A DNA stretch of 64,000 nt from an uncultured Acidimicrobiaceae bacterium (lineage in GTDB: Bacteria > Actinomycetota > Acidimicrobiia > Acidimicrobiales > RAAP-2), in NCBI GenBank assembly GCA_963744935.1, contig CAVUVM010000001.1, positions 62,822 through 126,821 on the forward strand. The letters are read 5' to 3'. Position 1 is the stretch's first letter. Each line of letters starts with the position of its first letter. The notes under the pieces are model-generated. The model worked only from the letters and a program-made list of their open reading frames with translations. It did not search any database and had not been told where the DNA came from. Made by a program: the position numbers and the translations under genes. Of the stretch, positions 10,184 to 19,142 are shown piece after piece.

Positions 10184-10663
10184 ATGACTACGGGCGAATC
10201 GCAACCGTGGCTGCGCCCGTCGCCGGAACTCTGGCGGATGCGACGGGCCGAGGTGCTCACCATCACCCTTGTCTTCGGGGCGTTCTTCGGCCTCACCTTC
10301 CTGGTTACACGCGGACCGTTGGCGGGCCTGATCAGCGTGCTCGTGTGGGTCGCGCTCGGTGGCCTGTTCGCCTGGTTCTTCCGCCGCCGGTTTCGGGCCT
10401 GGCGTTACCAGGAGCGTCACGAGGACCTGCTGGTGGCCCGCGGCGTCATGGTGCAGCGGCTCTCCGTCGTGCCATATGGGCGCATGCAGTTCGTCGAGGT
10501 GACCGCCGGGCCTATTGAGCGCCTGTTCCATCTCTCGACGGTCAAGTTGCACACCGCGGCCGCGGCGAGCGACGCCCGCATCCCCGGCCTCGAGACCGTC
10601 GAGGCGGCGCAGTTGCGTGATCGGCTCACCGAGCTGGGTGAGGCGATGGCGGCGGGGATGTGA
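10184..10663 (+). CDS. Bacterial PH-domain membrane protein (YdbS-like)
   Basis: Two TM helices followed by a bPH_2-type domain (VARGVMVQRLSVVPYGRMQFVEVTAGPIERLF). Stop overlaps the next start (GTGA). Confidence 0.8.
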   Translation: MTTGESQPWLRPSPELWRMRRAEVLTITLVFGAFFGLTFLVTRGPLAGLISVLVWVALGGLFAWFFRRRFRAWRYQERHEDLLVARGVMVQRLSVVPYGRMQFVEVTAGPIERLFHLSTVKLHTAAAASDARIPGLETVEAAQLRDRLTELGEAMAAGM

Positions 10664-12213
10664 CACCGGAGACACCGGAGACACCGGAGCCACCCCAGGG
10701 CCCCGCAGCGGCCGAGGCTCCTGAGGCGCAGCCGGCCGAGAGCGAGTGGCAGCGCCTCCATCCGCTCACGCCGATCGCCCGCATCGGCCGGCTGGCCCCC
10801 GCGCTCGTCTTCTTGGTGCTCGTCTCCACCGTGCACTCGAGGGCCGAGAACAGCACGGCCGAGACCGACTACCTCGTCGTCATCACGCTCGGGTCGGCCG
10901 TCTACGGCTACGTCCACTGGATGGTGACGCGCTGGCGCTTCGAGGGCGACACGCTGCGCATTGAGACCGGGCTCATCCGCAAGGACTCGCGCCGCCTGCC
11001 GCTCGCCCGGATCCAGGCCGTCGACATCGTCCGCCCGCTGCTGGCCCGCCTCCTCGGCGTGTCCGAGCTGCGCGTGCGCCTGGCGGGGTCGGGGTCAACC
11101 GACGGGCGGCTGGCCTATCTCTCACAATCCCAGGCGGCCGAGCTCCGCCTCGTTCTCCTGGCCGGGCACCGAGAGGCCGACGCGGCTCTCTCCCCGAACA
11201 CCGGCCTGCCGATGGCGGCGGTCACCCCGGGCCGGTTGATCAGCTCGGTGCTGCTCTCGCTCATCACCTTCGTGCTCGTCGGCACGGTGGCCGCGCTCGC
11301 CACGCTCGACCAGTTCGAGCCGAGCACGGCCCGCGTGGCGACGGGGTTCGTCGCCGTGTACCTGGTCAGCTTCGCCGGAGTGATGTGGCGGCGCCTCTCG
11401 GGCCAGTACGGCTTCATCGCGGTGGAGGGGCCCGAGGGTGTGCGCATCCGCCGGGGCTTGCTCCAGACCATCTCCGAGACGGTGCCGTATTCGCGCATAC
11501 AGGCGGTGCGCCAGGTCCAGCCCATCTTGTGGCGGCCCTTTGGCTGGGTGCGCCTGGAGGTCGACGTGGCGGGCGCGACGGCGCGCAACCAACGGGGCGA
11601 GGGCACAAGCGTGGTGCGCAAGGCCGTGTTGCCGGTGGGCTCCCAACAGGATTCGTGGCACCTCTTGGCGCGGCTCCTCGGCGCGCCCGACCCGGCGCGC
11701 ACACCGCCACCGACGCGCGCACGCTGGAAGGCGCCGCTCAGCTTCCACTTCCTCTCGGCCGGCTTCGACGACAGCCATGCCATGTGCGTCACCGGCCGGC
11801 TCAATCGCACGACCACGTGGGTCCCCTTCGAGAAGACCCAGAGCATCCGCCGGGTCCAGGGCCCGCTGCAGCGCCCACTCGGTCTCGCCACAGTGCACGT
11901 GGACGTGGCAGGGAGACGCACGCGGGCGGAGTTCCGCGACCGTGAGGAGGCCGACGCCGACCGACTGGTCGAGGAGCTGACTGCGCTCAGCCGGGCGGCT
12001 CGGCTGCGGCGCTCGGCCGGGGCTGCGGCAGCGGCAGCGGCCGACGGATTGGCAGCTGCGGCAGCGCCAGGTTCAGCCGGCGTGCCGCCCTCGGGTTGGT
12101 ACCCCGACCCCTCGGGCCGGCACGAACAGCGCTACTGGCACGACGGCCGCTGGACCGAGCAGGTCGGCGACGGCGGCCGTCGCAGCGTCGAAGCGCTTAC
12201 GCCGATGCCGTGA
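10660..12213 (+). CDS. YdbT-like membrane protein with repeated PH domains and a C-terminal WYPDP...RYWDG motif
   Basis: Three bPH_2-like units (RIQAVDIVRPLLARLLG, RIQAVRQVQPILWRPFG, SIRRVQGPLQRPLG). C-terminus GWYPDPSGRHEQRYWHDGRWTEQV is DUF2510-like. Confidence 0.8.
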   Translation: MTPETPETPEPPQGPAAAEAPEAQPAESEWQRLHPLTPIARIGRLAPALVFLVLVSTVHSRAENSTAETDYLVVITLGSAVYGYVHWMVTRWRFEGDTLRIETGLIRKDSRRLPLARIQAVDIVRPLLARLLGVSELRVRLAGSGSTDGRLAYLSQSQAAELRLVLLAGHREADAALSPNTGLPMAAVTPGRLISSVLLSLITFVLVGTVAALATLDQFEPSTARVATGFVAVYLVSFAGVMWRRLSGQYGFIAVEGPEGVRIRRGLLQTISETVPYSRIQAVRQVQPILWRPFGWVRLEVDVAGATARNQRGEGTSVVRKAVLPVGSQQDSWHLLARLLGAPDPARTPPPTRARWKAPLSFHFLSAGFDDSHAMCVTGRLNRTTTWVPFEKTQSIRRVQGPLQRPLGLATVHVDVAGRRTRAEFRDREEADADRLVEELTALSRAARLRRSAGAAAAAAADGLAAAAAPGSAGVPPSGWYPDPSGRHEQRYWHDGRWTEQVGDGGRRSVEALTPMP

Positions 12214-13444
12214 AGCGCATCGGGAAGTGGTCGATGGAGCGGATGCCCGGCGTGTAGACGAGCGTGTGCCCCGGCTCGATCTCGTACTCGGGGATCCGCT
12301 TGTGCCACTCCCGCAGCGCCACGCGCAACTCGAGGCGCGCCAGGTGCGAGCCCAGGCAGCGGTGGATGCCGCCGCCGAAGGCGATGTGCGGGTTGACGTC
12401 GCGGTCGAAGCGCACGACGTCGCCGTCGGGGAACTCGGCCTCGTCCGTGTTGGCCGACCCGATCATCACCATGACCGCGTCCCCCGCCTGCACGGGGCAT
12501 CCGCCGAGCTCGGTGTCGGCCACCGCCACGCGTGCGATGCCCATGACCGGGGTCTCCCAGCGCAGCAGCTCCTCGATGGCGTTGGGGATCACCTCGGGGT
12601 CCTCCACCAGTTGGCTCCGATGGTCGGGGTGCTGGGCCAGGAAGGAGAACATGCAGTCGAGGGTCGCGGTGACGGTGTCGAGACCGGCGATGAGGAACAG
12701 GAAGCAGATGTCCAAGATGTCCTCGCGTGTCAGCCGGTCACCCTCCATCTCGGCGTCGAGGAACATCGAGAGCAGGTCGTCCTTGCGCTCGATCTCGCGC
12801 TTGTCGAGCACTTCGTTGAAGTAGTCGTAGACCGAGTCGGCGATCTGCTGCTGGTAGGCCTTCGCCTCGGTCGAGCCGTAGAGCTTCCCGACGACGTGGT
12901 CGGGCCGGATGATGCCATCCTTCATTTTGAGGAAGGTGTCGAGCTCCTCGAGCGGCAGGCCCAACAGGGTCAAGAAGACCTCGGAGGGGAACGGGATCGA
13001 GAACTGCTTGGCGAAGTCCACCTCTCCCTTGTCGATGAAGCCGTCGATCAGGTTGTTGACGAGGGTCGAGACCTCGGCGTCCATCGCCTGCATCTTGCGC
13101 GGCGCGAAGATCGGGTCGAGGAGCTTGCGGAACTTCTTATGATCCGGCGGGTCGATCTGCAGCGGGATCATCGGCCGCTTGTTGCACAAGTCGACCGCAT
13201 CCATGTTGGAGGAGAAGATCTCGGGGTGCCGCAGCGCCTCCATGATGTCCTCCTTGCGCGAGAGTAAGACCCCCTTGCCGGAGGGCAGGTCGTTGATCGG
13301 CATGACCGGCATCTCGTCGCGCAGCGCCTTCCAGACCGGCTGCGGGTTGGCCGCCATGTCGGGGCCCATGCCGTCCATCACGCCCCCCGAGCCGTATCCC
13401 TCTTGGCTGCTCTCCCCCTCGGTGGTCTCCAAGGTCTCTGACAT
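12197..13444 (-). CDS. Cytochrome P450
   Basis: Heme-ligand motif FGGGIHRCLGSHLA, EELLRWE (ExxR), and I-helix AGLDTVT. ATG at 13444 preceded by GGAG. Confidence 0.9.
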   Translation of the reverse strand: MSETLETTEGESSQEGYGSGGVMDGMGPDMAANPQPVWKALRDEMPVMPINDLPSGKGVLLSRKEDIMEALRHPEIFSSNMDAVDLCNKRPMIPLQIDPPDHKKFRKLLDPIFAPRKMQAMDAEVSTLVNNLIDGFIDKGEVDFAKQFSIPFPSEVFLTLLGLPLEELDTFLKMKDGIIRPDHVVGKLYGSTEAKAYQQQIADSVYDYFNEVLDKREIERKDDLLSMFLDAEMEGDRLTREDILDICFLFLIAGLDTVTATLDCMFSFLAQHPDHRSQLVEDPEVIPNAIEELLRWETPVMGIARVAVADTELGGCPVQAGDAVMVMIGSANTDEAEFPDGDVVRFDRDVNPHIAFGGGIHRCLGSHLARLELRVALREWHKRIPEYEIEPGHTLVYTPGIRSIDHFPMRFTASA

Positions 13445-13448
13445 CTCG

Positions 13449-14069
13449 TTACTCCGATCTGATCTGAAGGATGTGGTTGACGGACTCGACGAGCGACGCA
13501 TCGTCTGACTCGGGGATGATCCAGCTCGATGCGAAGAGGCGCACGATCACGTCGGCCAGCTGCTCGCGCCCGAGCGCCCCGCTGGCGACCGCGGGCACCG
13601 TGTCGAGCGCGTCGCCGAGGCGGTAGACGAGCTCGTCACGCAGCGACGGCAGGTGGTCGAGCAGGTAGCCGATGACGAAGCCGGACTCGGACTCGAAGAG
13701 CGGGCGGCACGGGTGGGTGCGGATGAAGTCGAACGAGTACGCCATGAAGGCGCCGATCCGTTCCTCGGGCTGCACCGCGGTCGCCAGGACCTCGTCGAGC
13801 CCGTGGCTGAAGCGCACCGCGTCGTAGTCCGCCGCGGCAGCGAGGACGGAGTCCTTGCTCGGGAAGTAGCGGTACAGGGTCCCTCGCGACACCCCGGCCT
13901 TCTCTGCGATCTCTTGCATCCCGAGCCGCTTGACGCCGCGCCGGCCGACGAGGCCGAGCGCGGCGGTGAGCAGGCGCTCCTCGGTGGCACTGAACGTTCG
14001 TACGGACACGCCCAGCGTGTCGAGCCCCCTGGCCTGGCCCTGATGGACCTCGTCAAGCGTGGCGGTCAT
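13449..14069 (-). CDS. TetR-family transcriptional regulator
   Basis: N-terminal HTH: GMQEIAEKAGVSRGTLYRYFPSKD. Immediately upstream of the P450 on the same strand. Confidence 0.9.
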   Translation of the reverse strand: MTATLDEVHQGQARGLDTLGVSVRTFSATEERLLTAALGLVGRRGVKRLGMQEIAEKAGVSRGTLYRYFPSKDSVLAAAADYDAVRFSHGLDEVLATAVQPEERIGAFMAYSFDFIRTHPCRPLFESESGFVIGYLLDHLPSLRDELVYRLGDALDTVPAVASGALGREQLADVIVRLFASSWIIPESDDASLVESVNHILQIRSE

Positions 14070-14084
14070 TACCTACACATATTA

Positions 14085-14097
14085 GACACTTTGTGTC
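14085..14097. promoter_or_regulatory. Candidate TetR operator palindrome GACACTTTGTGTC
   Basis: Palindrome with 5-bp arms, 16 bp upstream of the TetR start, in an AT-rich patch. Confidence 0.3.
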
Positions 14098-14227
14098 CGT
14101 TTTGTCCGACCACTGCGGGCGGCGACGCTCCGGGGGGAAGCGTTTTCGCTGCTGAGAGCATTGCTGGCGCAGAGCCCGGAGCGGGCCGGCGCTGGGCCGC
14201 CGCGGGGCCGGCGCGGGCCGATCCGGG

Positions 14228-16939
14228 TCAGGCCTGCGGGAGCCCGCCACTCTGGTCCGGCGTCGGCGGGGCCGGGCGCGGTGACCACCAGCGGCGAACC
14301 GTCGGCACCACGAACAGCGCGAGGAGAGCGACCAGGCCGATGAGCGTCGCCAACAGGCCGAGCGTGTCGGCCGAGGACCCGCCGTAGTTGAGGGTCACGT
14401 CGTGGCTCGTCGGCACCACCACCATGAGGTTGGGGGTGACCCGCCACGGACCGTCGGCGCCGCTCGCGTGCCAGTTGGGGAAGTAGGACACCTTCACCAG
14501 CACGGGCGTCCCCACCCGCGAGACGTGGAAGCTCACGGACGTGTTCGTGTCGGAGATGTCCGAGACCTTGGTCGTGCCCACGTGCTTGGCGGTCGCCACG
14601 ATGTCGTTGAGGGGTGTGCGGGGCCACGACGAGGGCCCGTCTTGGGCCAGCTCCACGTTCCACCGGGTCGGGTCGTCGTACCAGGCGACCGACGGCGCGA
14701 GCCAGCTCGACGGCGCCGGCTTCACGCCCGAGAGCACGACGGGGTCGTTGGCCAACGGGGTGACCAGCGAGGAATCCTTCACCACGTAGATGTCCCACGT
14801 CGTGTGCGTGAGGATCCCGTCATAGTTGTAGGTCCACGGTCCCGTCCTGGCCACGAGCTTGAGCGCGGGATCGGCGTTTGCCTGCTGCTCCACCTCGGGT
14901 GACTCGGCCATGAAGTACTTCACACCGAGCAGCTGGAGGTGCTGCACCCCGAGGGTCACGTCCACGGAGCCGTAGGGCAGGCCGACCTCGGGGTCCGAGG
15001 GCGCCTCGGACAGCTCGGCCTGGTCGAGGAAGTGATACGGCGTCGTCGTCGACGACTCGAAGAGCAAGCCCTCCATGGAGTCGATGCAGCCGTTCGTCCA
15101 ATAGGGAAGGAGCATGAGCGCCTCGGGCGTGCCGAAGCGGTTCTCGCTGGCGCTGTACTCCCACATCTCGCGGCCGCAGCCGTAGCGCTTCGAGACCGAG
15201 TCCATCGTCTCCATGATGGAGTGGTACTCGGGATAGGAGGACTGTCCCTCGTAGCCGATGTAGTTGTAGCTCGACCAGTTGGTCACCTCGTTGGGGCCCA
15301 CCGTCACCGGCAGGGCCGAGGCCGAGACGAAGAAGGGGGGCGTCACGATGGCCATGACAACCAGGAGGCCCAGCACCGCGCCCCCGACCGCGGCGGGGGC
15401 CCATCGCCGCGGAGGAGCCGGGCGGCGCCGGCGCGGCGCCTCGGGCTCAGGCTCGGGGTGAACGGGCTGCTCGGTCTGCTCTGGCTGCTCGGGCTGCACC
15501 GGCCCGGTCGGTGGGCTGTATACGCCCGCAGACATCTGCGTCGTCGCGGCGGGAAAGTCCGGCGCCTCCCACGCAGGCGCGGAGGGTGGTGGCACCGCCA
15601 CCGCCACCCAGACCGGTTCTCGAGCAGGCTGCTCCCGTCTGCGGTCGGCTCGGCGCCGCCAGATCTCGGCCACCGCGATGCAGATCGTCCCGAACGTCCA
15701 TGCCGCCATGAGGTACACCGAGATGAACCAAAGCGGCAGAAGCCGGACGTTGTAGAGGCTGCCCTGTGGATCGACGGCGGTGGCGACCGCGGAGGCGATA
15801 CCCAGGATCGTGAGCGCGATCCCGAACCGGCTCCGCAACCAGAAGGCCAGTAGGACGCCGATGCCGGCGGTCACGAGCGCCCAGGCGTCGGCTTCGCGGA
15901 AGTACTGGGCCCAGCCCTCGACGTTCGTGTAACCCATCGACGTGGTGTAGGCGTGCTCCAGGCCGAAGGGCACCAGCCAGAAGCCTGAGAGCAGGAGGCC
16001 GATCCCCACGGTCGACCCGGCCCACCACAGTGTCCGCGTCCACGGGACACGCGCACGGGGTGCGTTGTTGCGCCACAACAGCTCGCCCCCGTCTGCGATG
16101 CCCCACCGGACGGGCAGGAGCTCGATCACGGTCAGGATCAGCGCACCGCCGAGCGCGTACATGGCGGGGAGGATGTGGGCCAGCACGCACCCGGCCAGCA
16201 CGAACGCCGCCCAGCCCCGGTATTTCCCCTCCCGTACCGCGCAGGCGAAAAGGCCGAGGAACAAGATGGCGAGGGACAGGCTGAAGGAGTACGCGTACTC
16301 CCCGGCCATGGTCGAGAAGAGGTTCCCCCCGTAGATCGTGAACGTGTAGTCGAACAAAAAGGGCAGGGTGGCCGCTGCCAAAAGGGTGGGAAGAGGAGGG
16401 CGCAGGCGGAAGAACCGACCGCAGGCCCAGGCGCAGACGGGCAGCAGCACCGAGCCGAGGATCGTGCCCAACTTGAACGCGACGTCGTAGGAGATGATCC
16501 AGCCGCCGACGGCGATGAAGAAGTCGGGCAGCGTGAAATAGAAGGTGTAGAGCGGGAAGCCGTCGTACCAACCGGGATCCCACCCGGTCAGATGGCCGTG
16601 CGAGATGAGCGACTCGAGGTACTTGGGCATCGCGATGTGCGCGCCCGTGTCGCCGCCCGTCGTCGTCGTGTTCGAGAAGAGCAGGCTCGGGTGGAGCTGC
16701 CACAGGGTGACGACGATGACGCTGGCGATCGTGATGACGGTGATCACACCGGGCACCCACCACCAGGTGGGGCGGCCGGTTCGGGCGAAAGCCGGCGCAG
16801 GGGGCCCAGTCGCCGGCGTCGGCACCGCCGCGGGCGCCGGCTCTGAGGGCGGCTCCTGGACGCTCACGGCTTCGATGTCGGGTGGGTCAATCACCGTCGA
16901 TCGTGGGCCATAGGGCGCGGCCGGACCTCTTCCTCGCAC
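14228..16939 (-). CDS. Large polytopic membrane protein (GT-C-like/6-pyruvoyl-tetrahydropterin-synthase-related membrane family) with a big extracytoplasmic C-terminal domain
   Basis: 903 aa with about 12 TM helices. Has a Pro/Glu-rich linker (PEQPEQTEQPVHPEPEPE), a further TM helix and a soluble domain of about 380 aa. Confidence 0.65.
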   Translation of the reverse strand: MRGRGPAAPYGPRSTVIDPPDIEAVSVQEPPSEPAPAAVPTPATGPPAPAFARTGRPTWWWVPGVITVITIASVIVVTLWQLHPSLLFSNTTTTGGDTGAHIAMPKYLESLISHGHLTGWDPGWYDGFPLYTFYFTLPDFFIAVGGWIISYDVAFKLGTILGSVLLPVCAWACGRFFRLRPPLPTLLAAATLPFLFDYTFTIYGGNLFSTMAGEYAYSFSLSLAILFLGLFACAVREGKYRGWAAFVLAGCVLAHILPAMYALGGALILTVIELLPVRWGIADGGELLWRNNAPRARVPWTRTLWWAGSTVGIGLLLSGFWLVPFGLEHAYTTSMGYTNVEGWAQYFREADAWALVTAGIGVLLAFWLRSRFGIALTILGIASAVATAVDPQGSLYNVRLLPLWFISVYLMAAWTFGTICIAVAEIWRRRADRRREQPAREPVWVAVAVPPPSAPAWEAPDFPAATTQMSAGVYSPPTGPVQPEQPEQTEQPVHPEPEPEAPRRRRPAPPRRWAPAAVGGAVLGLLVVMAIVTPPFFVSASALPVTVGPNEVTNWSSYNYIGYEGQSSYPEYHSIMETMDSVSKRYGCGREMWEYSASENRFGTPEALMLLPYWTNGCIDSMEGLLFESSTTTPYHFLDQAELSEAPSDPEVGLPYGSVDVTLGVQHLQLLGVKYFMAESPEVEQQANADPALKLVARTGPWTYNYDGILTHTTWDIYVVKDSSLVTPLANDPVVLSGVKPAPSSWLAPSVAWYDDPTRWNVELAQDGPSSWPRTPLNDIVATAKHVGTTKVSDISDTNTSVSFHVSRVGTPVLVKVSYFPNWHASGADGPWRVTPNLMVVVPTSHDVTLNYGGSSADTLGLLATLIGLVALLALFVVPTVRRWWSPRPAPPTPDQSGGLPQA

Positions 16940-17107
16940 CGCGCTCGTACGGCCACATCCGGTTTACGTTACTGGCCGCATCTTTGACGGAGGGCTCGGG
17001 CAACGCCCCCCTCTACTCGCCGTGAACCGCCCGTACACTGCCCTGACCTGGGGCACGACGGGGCACGACTGGGACCTCGGGGCCGCCGCCCCGGCGCGCG
17101 TCCCGAG

Positions 17108-17431
17108 CTAGCGCGCCGCGGCGACCGGCTCCCGCGCCCGGGTTGTCGTCGGGTACGACGACTCATCGGCATCGGGCTTCAATGCCCGCAACAACGGGGT
17201 GAACATTGGCGGCGGGTCCCCGGCTTCGGGAGCCAACACCGAGTCGATGCTGCGGGCGGCGTGTTGGAGCGCCCCGTAGAGGCGTTTGCGCCGCCGGTCA
17301 CCGTTCTCCGTGTCGAAGTAGTAGGCCACCCCGAAGCCGAGGGCGGAAACCAAGATCCTCCCCGAGGTTTTCCTTGCCCGCCGCGCCCGCCTGTTCGCTG
17401 AACTGATCAGCTCCTGCCGGTTGATGTGCAT
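17108..17431 (-). CDS. Hypothetical small protein (YtxH/stress-protein-like N-terminus)
   Basis: ATG at 17431 preceded by GGGAGG. One hydrophobic segment, then the FDTENGDRRRKRL motif. Confidence 0.5.
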   Translation of the reverse strand: MHINRQELISSANRRARRARKTSGRILVSALGFGVAYYFDTENGDRRRKRLYGALQHAARSIDSVLAPEAGDPPPMFTPLLRALKPDADESSYPTTTRAREPVAAAR

Positions 17432-17610
17432 TGCACAACCTCCCTCGCATGATGCGATACCCGGGGTTCTGCCCGGGAAAACCCCCGTGATCACGGCGGC
17501 AGATGGGATTGCACCCAATCGGGCGCCCCGGATCAGAGGGTCGTGCTGAGGTACCGCAGCCGGGAACCGCGCCGAGCCGACGACCAGGAGCCGGGGAACT
17601 CCTCCTCTTC

Positions 17611-17727
17611 TGTATATGCAGCCCTCCGAAACCCACCCCAATTAACGAAGGATCGACCCCCCATTTAACGAAGGATAAGCGAATATCCTTCCGTAAACCC
17701 CCCCAATTAACGAAGGTTACATATACA
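17611..17727 (+). repeat. AT-rich repeat element, copy A (three direct TTAACGAAGG decamers plus one inverted)
   Basis: Decamers at 17642, 17665 and 17707; inverted CCTTCCGTAA at 17687. About 80% identical to the reverse complement of 35216-35320. Ends are TGTATATGCAGCC / GGTTACATATACA. Confidence 0.8.
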
Positions 17728-17806
17728 AGCCGCAAACCACAACCGGCCATCGGCTCAGCTCACCGAGCCCGACCTCGCCGCCCCACGCAGGCGCCAGGTC
17801 CCTCGA

Positions 17807-18112
17807 TTAGGACATCTGCGCCAGGATCTTCGACTTCTGGTCGTTGAACTCGGCCTCGGTCAAGATCCCCTGGTCCTTCAGGGTGGCCAGCTCCTTCAAT
17901 TTGCTGATCAGCTCGTCGGAGTCGCCGCCCGCGGGCGCCACAGCCGGCGCGGCGGCCGGAGCCTGTGCCGCCCCCTGCTGAGCCTGGGCATCCTGCTCGG
18001 CGTATTTGTTCTGCTGGTGCCGGTTCACCTGGCCCGCCACCACCGAGGCGGTGCCGGCGATGACTGCCGTGCGCCCCACTGTCCGCATGACCGGACGTCG
18101 CCTCATTGGCAT
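17807..18112 (-). CDS. SHOCT domain protein
   Basis: ATG after AAGGAG. C-terminal SHOCT motif: LKELATLKDQGILTEAEFNDQKSKIL. Confidence 0.8.
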   Translation of the reverse strand: MPMRRRPVMRTVGRTAVIAGTASVVAGQVNRHQQNKYAEQDAQAQQGAAQAPAAAPAVAPAGGDSDELISKLKELATLKDQGILTEAEFNDQKSKILAQMS

Positions 18113-18151
18113 CGTTGTGCTCCTTTCCCTCTCGTTCTCAACTCTCGGTTC

Positions 18152-18580
18152 TCAGCTCTTGAGCGCCGCCGCGAGATCCTCGAGCGCCGAGTCGACCAGC
18201 GCCGCTGGGATCCGCGCCGAGTCCACGACCACGCCACCCGACGCGCGCACTGCGTCAGCGAGCGGACGGGCCCAGACGTCCTCCCACACGATGACCAGCG
18301 CGGAATTGCCCTCGGGCAAGCTGTCCGCCACGTGGTCGAGGTCCTCCTTGTTGACCAGGCCGCCGACCTCGCCATCCATCTCGTCGAAGGCCGCGAGCTC
18401 GTCCATCTGGTCGAACTCGAGGCTGATCGTCTCGCCCTGTTCGTCCTTGGCCACGAAGACCAGGTCGAGGATGCGCACGAGCCCGCTCTCCACGAGCTTG
18501 GCGACTTCGGGCGCGATGTCCCCGTTGAACTGGTTGCCCGGGAAGGCGACCACCGTGTAGCTGACTGGTCCTAACGACAT
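18152..18580 (-). CDS. DUF6325-like protein
   Basis: ATG at 18580 after GGAGAGGAG. Begins SYTVVAFPGNQFNGDIAPE. The family assignment is from memory. Confidence 0.6.
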   Translation of the reverse strand: MSLGPVSYTVVAFPGNQFNGDIAPEVAKLVESGLVRILDLVFVAKDEQGETISLEFDQMDELAAFDEMDGEVGGLVNKEDLDHVADSLPEGNSALVIVWEDVWARPLADAVRASGGVVVDSARIPAALVDSALEDLAAALKS

Positions 18581-18626
18581 TGCGGCTCCTCTCCGTGTTC
18601 GTTGGGTCCGCGTGACTCGCCCGCGG

Positions 18627-19031
18627 CTAGCTCGCAGCCAGGATCTTCGACTTCTGGGCCTCGAACTCCGCATCGGTCAGCACACCCTGGCTCTTGAGGT
18701 CGGCCAACTTGGAGAGTTGGGAGGCGCTGTCGGCGCCGGGGGTGCCGGCGGCCTGACGCACGTACTGGTCGAAGGCCTTCTGCTGCTGTGCCGCATCCGA
18801 CGCTGCCCGCTCGTGCATCTTGGAGCCCCGGGCGATGAGGTACACGAAGACACCGAGGTAGGGGACGATGATGACGAAGATCACCCACAGCGCCTTAGCC
18901 AAGCCTCCGATGTCATGGCTGCGGAAGATGTCCATGAACACCATGATCAACAGCCAGATCCAGATGATGAAGAGGAAGAAGTACAGCATCGTCAGGAAGG
19001 CATCGAGGACCGGGTAACTCGAGGCAAGCAT
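18627..19031 (-). CDS. PLDc_N (phospholipase-D-nuclease N-terminal) membrane domain + SHOCT domain protein
   Basis: Two TM helices with the WVIFVIIVPYLGVFVYLI motif. C-terminal SHOCT: LADLKSQGVLTDAEFEAQKSKIL. Confidence 0.85.
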   Translation of the reverse strand: MLASSYPVLDAFLTMLYFFLFIIWIWLLIMVFMDIFRSHDIGGLAKALWVIFVIIVPYLGVFVYLIARGSKMHERAASDAAQQQKAFDQYVRQAAGTPGADSASQLSKLADLKSQGVLTDAEFEAQKSKILAAS

Positions 19032-19142
19032 GCAGGCTCCTTAGGTCGCGTTGTGGTGACTCCTCAACGGCGGTTTGCTCATTCTGCCCCGAAACGATGA
19101 CGCGTGTCGCCGATTGGCCAGGACAATTCTTCGAGCCGTGGC

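Noticed and set aside
17621-17727. Identification of the repeat element as the actinobacterial 6C RNA, because of its C-runs.
   Set aside because: The C-runs are not presented in GC-stem hairpin loops as in 6C. The only strong stem is the AAGGATA/TATCCTT hairpin. This cannot be supported without a covariance-model search.
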